Below, one piece after another: positions 52,210 through 64,000 of a stretch of 64,000 bases of DNA. Position 1 is the stretch's first letter; every line of letters begins with the position of its first letter. The notes beneath the pieces are model-generated. The model searched no databases. It was not told the DNA's origin and saw only the letters and a program-made list of their open reading frames with translations. The stretch comes from Geosiphon pyriformis uo1 (taxonomy: Eukaryota; Fungi; Glomeromycota): the NCBI GenBank assembly GCA_016748015.1, contig JAAOMT010000134.1:626757-690756 (forward strand). The letters are read 5' to 3'. The translations under genes were made by a program, and so were the position numbers.

Positions 52210-53720
52210 ATTATTTTTTTTATTAAGTTTTACAAGTGTAGTCCAACTATTATTTAAGGAAATAAAATTATATAAAATTCTAAATTAAATATGACTTAGC
52301 TTTTTTACATGTGATCAGTCATTCGGATCAATCAAGACAGTACTATACACTTAAATTACTTACTAATGGAAATCTTTCAAAAAACCAAAACTTAATTTAG
52401 ATAAACAAAAATATAATCCAAAGCAAATATAAATACCTAATTTAACACCAAAACTGCAAATCAACTCAAGAGTCCACAATAATGACAAGCCAGAAGATAA
52501 TTATTAAAATTAATATTTTATATAAAAATTAAATTTAATAAAAAACTTTTAAATATTAATATTATTATATAATTAAAATCAAAAAACTTATAGAAAACCA
52601 ATCATAGTTAAATTAATAATTAAATATACCAAAAAACACTTTTGTAATTTTATCTAAAATAATAAAAAACTTTTATTTAGTATTTTAATTATAAAAAAAT
52701 TAATATTACTAATATAATATACAGCCAAGAAAATATTAATATATAAATCAAAAATAAAAATCAAAAATCTGTTTTTGAATAGTAATTTAATCAACAAAAA
52801 TCAGTCAATTAATTTAAATACTTTGTAAATATAATAAACCAAATTAATATTTATATATTATTAAATTTGTTTTTAATTTAAAACTTAAATGGTTTTTTAA
52901 GTTTTATTTTAATAATAATAAATATTAAATTGTTTATTTTTTGTGTTATTTAATAATGTTTTTTTATTTTACAAAATTGTTTATTTTTTTTATATTATAT
53001 ATAACAATTTTTTAAATTAACTTATTTATTTAAATAAATAATATAATAATTTTATTTCAAAAAACAATATATCAAGTTTTAACAAAATTATAATTACAAA
53101 GCCAAAAAACCCAAATATATTTGTTTTTAAACTATTTAATTAAAAAATAACAATAATAAAAACACAAATATTTACAAATAATATATTAATAAGTTTTTTA
53201 AAAAATTGGTTAAATCTATATTAGTATTAATAAATAAAACCAAAAAATATATTTTTTTAATAAAAAAAATAACTAAAAAAATATTTGATTAAAAAAAATT
53301 TTTAAATTGTATTCTAATTTGTCCAAATATAAAAATACCAAAAAAATATTAACAAAAAATACTTTAAAAAAAACAGAAATTATTTATTATTTCTGTCAAA
53401 ATTTTTATTAGAAAAAATTATTTAAATTTAAAATTATTATTAAATGTAAAATAAAAATTTTTTTGACATAAAAATTAGCCAATTAAAAATAAATTCTCTT
53501 AAAAAGTACATACTTAAAAACTTTTTAAATTAACTATTAAAAAATATAAAAAAATCATATTTTAATACAAAATTATTAAATTTTTCATAACAAAACAAAT
53601 TTAATTTAATCCAAAAGAGATTTATACTATAAAAAACAAAATAATATAAGAAATTAATCTAAAGTCTTTTTAAAATTAAAACAAATTATTGTATATTAAA
53701 TTTTAGTACTAATAGTAAAT
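52210..53720 (-). mobile_element. Heavily mutated, internally deleted LINE copy 5
   Basis: Family 3' UTR at 52238-52343 (GTAGTCCAACTATTATTTAAG..ACATGTGATCAGTCATTCGGATCAATCAAGAC); RT relics near 53330-53600. Confidence 0.7.
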
Positions 53721-54610
53721 ATATAATTAATAATATATGTTTTATTATTAGTTTTTTTCAAAATTATATATAATTATGCTTATAAATAAAGTAAACAATA
53801 GTGTTTTATAATAATTTTTTAACAATTAAATAATTTAATACATATTAATTTTAATTATATATATTAAATTTTTTTAATTAAAATTAACTATTTAAATATT
53901 AACAATTTAATTAATTAATTTGGCAAATTATATTATAATTTTCTGTTATAATTAAGATTTTAATGTTTGGTTTAGTTTGGTTAAACTATTAAATTAAACT
54001 AAACTTAAACAAAAATTTTGGCTAAATTTTAAATTTAAATTTAAATTAAACTTAAAATTATTAAACCTAAATTAAACTTAAATTTAAACAACAAATTTAA
54101 TTTAAGTTTAGTTTAAAGTTTATAAACATATTTAAATTTGACTATTAAAAATTATGTTAAATTATTAATTAGTTTTTTTTAAATAATTTTTGTATTTATA
54201 ATTAAAAATACTATAATGTTTTTATAGTTTTAAGCACTAAACAAAATCTTATATCTGTAATTATATTTTTATCTACGGAAAAAACATATTTAAAAGCAAT
54301 AAATAATTTTTAAATTGCTAAATAATTATATATTATATATTATAAGATAAAAAAATTGTGTTTAATATATCTAAATATTAAATTTTTAATAAAAATAATA
54401 ATTTAAATACAGTTTTTTAATTAAATTGGCCAAAAAATCAGTAATTTTATTTCTTAAAATATTTTTTTGATTAATCTATAATTGTTCTAAATATCTTGTC
54501 TTTTCTTATAATATTTTTTTATTGTAATATATTTTATTTAATAAAAAGTTTTTAAATAATATTATAAAAGTTTAATATTATTTATAGTTTTATAAAAAAA
54601 TAGTTTATAT

Positions 54611-54977
54611 TATTATTAAAGATTTTTTTACTCTTTTTTAAATATTATTAATGCTATTTTTATTGTTAATTCTGTTATTAATAAAAGTTAATAAATCTTT
54701 AATAAGCTAATTTTTTTCCAAAATATTTCTCTATATTTTAAACTATGTATATTATTGAACTTATAATGAAATAGCCAATTTTATACCAATTATTTGTATA
54801 GTTACTTTATAATAAAAATCGATTCTTTTATAAAAAATTTTTATCTATAAGCTCTTCAAAAATATGTATAGTTATTTTGCTATAAAAATCAACTTTTTTA
54901 TAAAAAATCTTAACTATAAACTATTTAATAATATAAAAAAAATAAAAATAAAAATAAAAATATAATAAGAAAGTTAT
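54611..54977 (-). mobile_element. Partial LTR (family A), truncated by the adjacent LTR element
   Basis: Aligns with 5258-5600 and with 16111-16308 plus 18593-18655; carries the uninterrupted target site of the ORF1-only element. Confidence 0.75.
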
Positions 54978-55619
54978 TATTACTAGCTAAAATTTAAGAT
55001 ATTATTTAACATGAAATTATTCTTATAATTTATATTATTAATTAATATATATTATTATTTTAAATTATTACTTATTATCTTATTAAATTATTTAAATTAT
55101 TATTTAATTAATAATTTAATTTGTACAGAATACAAATATAACCAAATTAAGATAATTAAATTATGTAATATACTAAATTATAGAATATTTAAAATTTGTC
55201 AAAATATTTAGTAATTTGATAAAATATTTAACAGTTTACTAAAATAATCTATAGTTTGCAAAAATAACTTGTAGTTTAATAAAATATATTTTTAGTTTGC
55301 TAAAATATTAGAAAAAAAAAGAGTGCTAGATTATAAAATAGTATTACAACAAATTATATAAAAAAAAAGCTTTTTTTTTTAAGAAAATATATCTTAATTA
55401 AAATTACTATCTTTTCTAGTATCTTTTATACAAATTAATTTCAATAAAAACTTACTTTAAAAACATAAAAATTCTTAATTATTTCTATTGTAAAATTAAC
55501 TATTCTATATTAATATTTTGAAATTAATTAATTACTAATTTTAATAATTGTTAATAATTTTCAGACCTGAATTCAAAACAACTTCTTTAAATTATATTTT
55601 CTTATTTTTTTATTTGGTT

Positions 55620-55661
<42 letters not shown>

Positions 55662-58600
55662 TTATTAAGTAGCCTATAGTCGAAATTTTCTGTAGAAAAA
55701 TTAACTTTCATAGCAAAATAACTACACATATTTTTAAAAAGTTTACAGAAAAAATTATTTTATAAAAGAGTCAACTTTTATTGCAAAATAACTATACAAA
55801 AAATTAACATAAAATTGATTATTTTATTATAAATTTAACAACATATATAGGTCAAAGTATAAAAAGATACTTTAGAAAAAAAATTAGTTTATTAGAAATT
55901 TACCAATTTTTATTAACAGTAAAATTAACAACATTTAGAAAAAAATAGAAAAATTTTTGGTAATATTTGGTGTTTTCTTAAAAATAATACAATAATAATT
56001 AAATCAAAGTAGTAATTATATTAAACATAATAACTCTAGAATATTATCAGTTGATTTACACTTATTGTAAACAACAATTTGGAATTTAAAACAAAATTAC
56101 AGCTTTTAAGAAAACTTTTTTTCAATACATTGAAAATCAAATCAATAACTATTTCTTTAAAAATTACAATATTGTAAAAAGATAGCAAAATTTTCTTAAA
56201 AACTTAATTCACTATTCAAATAAAAATTTAAAAAATATTAGTGCTAATGCTTATACTACTTATTTTAAAGAACTTGAATATAATATTATTTAGTTTTGTA
56301 AAAAAAAATACTCTGCCAATTTACAATTTGTTCTTAAACTTGAGTCTAAACTTAAAACTAATAATAAAAGCAAAAAAAACACTTAATTAGTTTATATAAT
56401 ATCTAATACATCAAAAACAACTTTTCAATATTTGTAAATATTTAAACAAAAAACCAGTTCTAAATTATCACTTTTAATCACACTTTTTTTAGATTTATTT
56501 GCTTAAACACAAACACCTAATTTACTTTTTAACAAATTTTTAAGACCAAAAAACTTTATTAAAAGTCTAATTCAACAGCCAGAATTAATTTATATTAGCA
56601 CTAATTTTCTTGATTTTTTACCAGAAAATCAAAATAAATATTTAAAAATATTAGCTTATAAAAAAACATTTTTGAACCAGTCAAAAAAAACAAATAAAAC
56701 AAATAAAACTACAGACAATAAAAAAGATAAAAAAATAATCACTTATATTACAAAAATTTCTGAATTTTTTAAAAAAATACTGAAACCAGTTTCTAAGAAT
56801 GGTTTGACCAAGTTATTAAAGTAAAAGATATAAACAAATAAAATACAGTAAGAATATTAAGAGCAATTTTTTATTTTTTTAAAGAAATTACAGACAAATA
56901 ATTTGAAAACTTGATCATTTTTTTTGAAAATTAGTCAGTCTTCAAAACTGTTTTTTTTAAAACAATTTACAAACAACAATACTTTAACTATTTTCTAAAA
57001 TTATTTTTAAAACATCAAACAAAAACTATCTAAATCTGTTATAACTTATATTGAAAAGTTTAATAAACTTCTTTGAAAAATTTGCCAGCTTAAAACCAAT
57101 GTTTACTACTTTAATACTCAAGTTTTAAATCAATTTATTGCTGGTTTAAAGAATAAATTAATCAAAAAAATTTATTTATATGTTTTAACAGACTTAGCCA
57201 CTGTTATTTAACATATTAAAAACTATAAAATAGTAATAAAAAAACCAAATTACATAAAACTTGTTAACTTAACAATTAGAAAAATTAATTCAGTTATTGA
57301 AAAAAATTAACCAACTTACAAAAAAATCAAAACATACTGTTATGAATTGAAGTAACAAGCTAATAAATAACAAAAAAAAACAAAATTGTATGATAATAAA
57401 ATAAATTAAAAAAAAATTAATTTTAAGAAACAAATTGAATAAGTATGGATTTAATATATAAGATTAGTCTTATAAAATATCTCAATCACTATTCTTTTTA
57501 AAAAATAACCAAAGAATTTAAAAGTAGAAAAATAGTTTATATTGTTAATAAATAATAACATACTAGTATAATTTTATGTCTTATATCAATATTTTTAGAA
57601 TATAATATCAGGTATTAGATATGCTTTTTAGTTATATTTTATTTAATAATCTTTAAATACTACAATTACATAAATCAGAAAAAGAGTAGGAAAATGCCAA
57701 CAAATAATTTTTTATTTCAAGATATTTAAATACTTGAAAGTAAAAAAAGAGAAATAAATAATATAAGAAAAATTAAATTAATAATTGTTATTTTATTTCT
57801 TATATTTGATTATATTTTTTTATAGCTAAGAATCTCATTGTTTATATAGTTATTAAAGATAATTAATAATCAAATTAATAATTAAGTCAATAATTAAGTT
57901 AACAGTTAGATCATTAATTAGGTCAATAATTATTATCTAAAAATAGAGTGGCTAATTATATAATATTAGTAACTAATAAATGTAATAATTAATAAAAACT
58001 ATGAGTTTCAACCATAATAATACTTTGTTAATTAATAAAAAAAGTATCAATTATCTTAATAATAAAACCAAGAAAATTTTTTATTATTTAATAATTAATT
58101 TTAACAATTAAACTGCTATTATTATAAAATCTTTAAATACTGAAAACACAATTGCTAAAAAATGTAAAAAATCAATAATAACAAAATAATTAACATTATT
58201 TTTTCCAATAATATCAATCTTATAATTTATTATTATTTATTTACTATTTCTTAAAATTTTAACTTATAGTTTTTAGTATTATTCTATTACAATTAGATAA
58301 CCAAAACAATAAGTAAATTATTGTTTATACTAGTTAAATACTTAAGCCAACAAAATTGAAATATAATTTAATTAAATTAAAAACCACAACTATTATTTAA
58401 ATTTTCAAAAATTTTTAACAATACTTTTAAGAAAGACCAAAATTTAATATTATTACAAACAATATTGGTCTTAAATAGCTTAATAAAAAAAATCTGAACA
58501 AAATACTAAACAGTCTTAATAAAATAATTTTTTAACTGATTATATATATATTATTTACTATAAATTAGAAAAACTATATATTAATATTAATAGTTTTTCA

Positions 58601-60522
58601 AGAATAAGGCAAAATTAATATTAGTATCAATCAACTTATTCAATAAAACATTCAATAAAAACAATAAATCTAAAAAACTACAACAACTTAAAAATATATT
58701 TAGAAATTTTCACAATATTAACAAACTGATTTTTAAGTAAAAAACACTAATTACAACATTAATTCAGATAGTATTTTTTATATTATAATAAAATCTATTA
58801 TTAAAATTGCAAAAATTCAACCAATTTACTTAGATTAGTTTAATATTTAGTAATTTTATCATAATTATTCTTTAAAATATTCAACAATTATTCTAAAAAT
58901 TAATAATAACATTAAAAATACTTCTTAACTTATTTATAACAATTAATAAAAGTCAAATTAATTATACTTAGAAAAAAATTACAGTCTCAATAGTAAAAAA
59001 ATTACAAAGCTATTATTTTTATAAAAGAAAAACAAAAAATTATTTTTGAAGTTATTTACCAGAATTTTTAAAGCAAGTTTTAAAAAAAAACATTTTATTT
59101 ATTTTTATTAATCTTTTACCAAATATCACAATTCAACAAAAATTTTAACTGTGTTTTAATAAACAAAACAATGATTATACTCTTATTTATTAATATTTTT
59201 ATATTAAAAAAATGCTTTATAAACAAAAATTAAAGCTTAAAGCAACAAACTTTATTCTTAAAATAATACAAAAACAAATTTACAACAAATTCAAAACAGT
59301 AATTAAACCAAAAACACTTATTATAAACTTAAAATAGCTTTTAAACTTTATAAATTATTTAATATTTGTAAAAATATTCTATAAAATTCAATATTTTAAC
59401 TATTAAAAATTCAATATATTAAAAAACTTATAAAACTAAAATTTCAATAATTTTTAAAACCAATTACATCAATAATTTTAGATTATTATTTAAAAATTAT
59501 AGAAAATATTAAGACTTTAATAAAACTTAGTTTTGAAAAGAAAATTATATTATTAATAAAAATTTGAAATATTATTTAGCATAAAATTATAAAAATAATT
59601 TCTATTATTAATTAGCCTATATTATTATTTTAATTTATTACTTATTATCTTATCAAATTATTTGAATTATTATTTAATTAATAATTTAATTTGTATAATA
59701 TACAAATTGTAATAATTGAATTACATAATATTTTGAACTATATAATATTTAAAGAATTTGCCAAAATTTACCGAAATTTACCAAAATAATTAATAATTTA
59801 CTGAAAGACTTAATAATTTGTAAAAATTATTTGTAGTTTACCAAAATGTATTTTTAGTTTAACAAAATAATAACAAAAAGAAAAATACAAATTTATAGAC
59901 TAATATTACAACAAATTGTATAAAAAAAGAGCTTTTCTTTTTAAAAAAATATATTTAAGCTAAAATTATTTTTACTAAAAATATCTTCTTTAGTATTTAT
60001 ACAAATTATTCCAACAAAAACTACATTAAAAAACAACAAAATTATAATTAATTTGCTTGAAAATTTTCAAATTTTAACTAATGTTTTGAAATTGACTAGT
60101 TACCAATTTCAGTAATTTATTAGTAATTTTAAGTCTGAACAAAAAACAAATCTTTAAACAAAATTTTTTTATATTTCTTTTATTTATTTATTTATTTACT
60201 TTTAATATATATATTAGAGTAGCTTATAGACAAAATTTTTGTAAAAAAATTAACTTTTATAACAAAGTAATTACATATTTTTAATAAGCTTTCAAATAAA
60301 TATTTTCTAAAAAAAAGTTAATTTTTACTACAAAGTAACTATACAAGTAATTAATATAGAATTGGCTATTTTACTTATAAGTTTAACAATTCAAATTATA
60401 GGAGATAATTTAAAGATAAATTTAGTTATTAAAGATTCAATAACTTTTAATAATTAGGAATTAACAACAAAACAACAACAATAACAACATTCAAAAAAAG
60501 AGACCAAAAACTTTTAATAATA
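54978..60522 (+). mobile_element. Decayed, internally deleted Ty3/Gypsy-type LTR retrotransposon (family A): 5' LTR 54978-55965, PBS ~55968, gag ~56740-57330, RT/RNase H relics ~57480-58610, 3' LTR 59548-60522
   Basis: Two ~1-kb direct repeats; TGGTG right after the 5' LTR; purine run at 59535-59544. Gag relics TYITKISEF, EWFDQVIK, SVITYIEKFNKLL, QFIAGLKNKLIKK. RNase H relics IIVYTS*ILKPTKLKY and YKLEKLYININSFSR (a decayed YKPGK...ADGLSR). TSD TTAT/TTGT. Confidence 0.85.
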
Positions 60523-60599
60523 TTGTTATTGTTATAAAGTTTGTGTTTATTTTATATATATATAAATATTTATGTTTTTTTATTTTATATAACAAAAAA

Positions 60600-63500
60600 T
60601 CATAAAAAATCTTCCAAAAAATGATAAAAATATCTTATTCTAATCAAGTTTATCTTGTATTTTATAATTATTTAAAAAGCCAAAATCAGTTATTACTTTG
60701 TTAACTCTGTCTATATATATATTTCCAAAAAACTTAATAAATTTATTACACATTTTAATATATTACAAACTAGTTTTAAATAATACTATTCAATTAAATT
60801 ATATATTTTACATATATTCTATAAGATTAAACAAAATTTTTAGTTTTTTTTCAAAATACTTTCTACTATTAAACCAATAGTAAATACAAAAAATTAAATT
60901 AAAGTATTCTTTAAAACCAAGAAGTTATCACTTTAAAAAACATTAAACTTACTATAAATAAATAAAATATAATCTAAGAAAATCTTAAATAAAATTTTTT
61001 TAATTATTTTAATTAGTGTAATAAATTATATATTTGTTAAAATACTATTTTAGTTGTAAAACTTAAGAATCATTAAAACTTATATTCTCTTTCAAAAAAC
61101 TAGAATATTATTAAGAGTCAAATAAAAATTTAAAAATTTAGAAGGCATTCTATTATTATATTATTACAATACTTTTAAAATTTGTTTAATATATTAAATA
61201 AATTAATAGCTTTATTATTAAGCAGATCACTAATTATTAAAACCAATTTATTTATATTAATTTTTTTTATTACACCAAAAAAAACATTTTTTTTATATAA
61301 TTCAATAATACATATTGATAAAATTACAAATTAGATAATATTAAAAATATATTTTATTTTTTTGTCTAACTTATTATAATTTTATTAATTCTAAATTTTA
61401 TTTTATTTGATTTCAAAATCAACTCTTCTTTAATCATTAAATAGCTTAAAATTACTTTATAAAAAAACTATTCCAAAACATTTTTTATTATATTTTTTTA
61501 TTATAACTAAAATTTTTTATATATTAGTTAATTATTTTTTTAATTAATATATATTTAGCTGTTTTTAATTTATAGTACTTAAATTTCCTATACTTTTTCT
61601 TAATTATTGACAAATTTTTAATAATATATATTAATTTTATATTATTTTAAATCATATTATTGATTCTAAAGTCTTTTTATTATAAATGACTGATTATTTT
61701 ATAATAAAATTATTAAATTCAAGTCTATTATCTAAACTTAACTTTTTTCCAATTTTGATAACTAATAATTTTAACTTAAAAAACTTTGACAATTGCTTGT
61801 TTTTTAAACACTTAAATTTATTGTACTAATATTTAAAAAAATTTCATTTGCTAAATTCATCATTATTTTTTTTAATATTTCTTATATTTTATTTATATTA
61901 TTAAAAAATTTTGTATTTACAAATCTACCTATTGTTACTAAAAGCTTAGCAAAAAAGTATTTTAGAAATATATTTACTTGGTATTATCTATATCTTTAAC
62001 CTTAAACTTCTAATAATTTTTGTTTGTTTATTTATAAACACTATTTATTTAAATATTTATGAGATTATTTAACTTAACTAAAATTATAACTGCTTTGTAA
62101 TTGATATTAAAAAAGTCAGATATAAAATTAATTTTACAATTTATGATTACAAATAACAAATTTTTATTTATAAAAATATAGTTAATAACTTTTTTAACTT
62201 TTTTCAAGTTGTTTTAAGTAAAAGTCTTAGTCAAAAAATATTTATTAAATAAATTGACCAAACTCAAGTCTAAACAAAACTTGAAACTTGCATTTTTTTT
62301 AGATCTATTCTTATTGAAATCTTTACCCAAAACCATAAAAAAACTAAAATTAACTATTTTAACAATAAAAATATTAATTTTTAATACTTAATCAAACCTA
62401 GCTTTAGTGAAAACACTAATATACAAACTTAAAACTATAACTAAAAGTTTATTTTTAAACAAAAAATAGATTAAAATAAGTTGATCTGAAATCTTTTTTA
62501 CTTTTAAAATATATTAAGTCAGAAAATTATTCATAATAATAGTTATATTAACATTATAAAATTTTTTATCCAAACCAGAAATAAAAAACTAAATTCCATT
62601 AAACTTGTTATAATTTATGACTTAATATTAAACTTTAACTTTGTATCTGTAATAATTAAAACCATGTTGTCAGATTTCACATACCAATAAACAATGTCTT
62701 TTTGCTTAGTTAAATTATTTATGTTTTTAATATTACATATAACTACTTTCTAAATAAGATTAATTATTAAAATAATAAATGTACTTAAAAATCTGAATTA
62801 GTACACAATTGATTTAATTTTATTAAAACAAAAACAATAAATATTTCATAAGCAATAATTTTTAATTTTAAACTATTTATTTTGGTGGTTAAAATTTTAA
62901 AACTGCTTATATCTAAATCTAAATTCTTATTTATTACTATTAAAAACTAAGAAAATAACACTTATAAATTGTTTAAAACCATATTTGAATTCAAATTCAA
63001 ATTTAAAACTACCAAATTAATCAAGACAAAAGATAGAAAAATAAGAGTTAGAAGTACTAATTTTAAACTGCTTAGTTTGTATACAATATTAAATACTTAA
63101 TTAGTTAGCAATTCCAGAAACTATTTCAATAAAACCAACTAAATATTAACAGAAAATTTTTTTTGAAAAATAAAAAAAAATTCATTAAATTGTAAAGCAC
63201 TAAAACAATAGAAACCAGAGAAAAAAACAAAATAAAAATTAGCAGAAATAACAACCAAAAAAATTATTTGTGCTTAAAATTTGCCATTAAAAGCAACAAA
63301 TTAAGAAATAAAAACATTTTTTTTAACATAAAAGCAAAAATAATTGAAGACAATTATTATTTAAAACAAACTTTTTATAAATTTTTTTTAAAGTAAAAAC
63401 AAAAGAAATCTTAGAATTATACTTAAAAAAGAAGTATTTAAAACATTCATATTTTTTATATTAAATCAAGTCCAATTTAGCTTATAAAAGTTTTATTTTA

Positions 63501-64000
63501 CTAAAAATTGGTTTTATACAAAGACAAATTTCAGATTTTTCTTAAATTCAAAACCAATCACAGTACAATAAACTTTATTATCAATTTTAAATAATTAATT
63601 AATTACATATGTTTTCTTATTAGCATTTTTTAATAAAGCACTTAAATTATAAATTGCCATTTTTATAAACAATATAAACAGAAATACTCTAAGCTAATTT
63701 TTTAATATCTAAACATCATGATTTTTTATAGTTTGGCTATATATATTAAATTTTTTTTGATTAAAAATAATTATCTTAATATTAGCAAATTAGTTTAATT
63801 TGATTTGGCAAATTTTACTACAGCTTTTTATTATAATTTAATAAGTTATAATTGAATTAATATTATTTGATCAAACTTAAAATAAGCTGTGACAATTATT
63901 TTTTTTGGCATATCTATAGAAATATTTTTAATAATTACAGTTTGATTCAAACAAAATTTTTGTTTTTTAAAATCACTATTTATTTTAATGTTTTTTTTTG
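60600..64000 (-). mobile_element. Heavily mutated LINE copy 6 (RT N-terminal half, endonuclease, ORF1); runs off the window
   Basis: Relics of FWKIFY (60600-60620), FLVLK (~60915), LGKDFNKNRS (~62300-62330), FISGLDK (~62565-62585) and EN start NLI*KVVICNIK (~62725-62765); colinear with copies 2 and 3. Confidence 0.8.

Overview
Eukaryotic, AT-rich fungal DNA with short GT-AG introns and a class IV chitin synthase. The gene and transposon content suggests Mucoromycota/Glomeromycotina, which is an inference rather than a database result. The window has three compartments. (1) 1-26.9 kb is a CpG-depleted block of nested retroelements: three LINE copies (ORF1 plus APE endonuclease-RT-RNase H-zinc finger ORF2), one ORF1-only non-autonomous LINE partner (HAL1-like) and several solo LTRs. 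(2) About 27-46.7 kb is a CpG-containing gene island with four spliced genes: a DASH/Dam1 subunit Spc19 with a long C-terminal extension, a class IV chitin synthase (~1521 aa), a PPxY plus 'putative sensor'-like membrane protein, and a Cys-rich GPI-anchored secreted protein; it also holds many microsatellites. (3) 46.7-64 kb is a second retroelement block with decayed LINEs, an LTR nested in an LTR, and an internally deleted two-LTR Ty3/Gypsy element, eroded by massive C>T/G>A transitions. The most notable observations are: the ORF1-only retroposon with poly(A), TSD and a 3' tail shared with the LINEs; RIP-like hypermutation restricted to repeats; an AUGA stop/start overlap joining LINE ORF1 and ORF2; uniform 4-bp TSDs on LTR elements; and the extended Spc19. 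All alignments and translations were done by eye.
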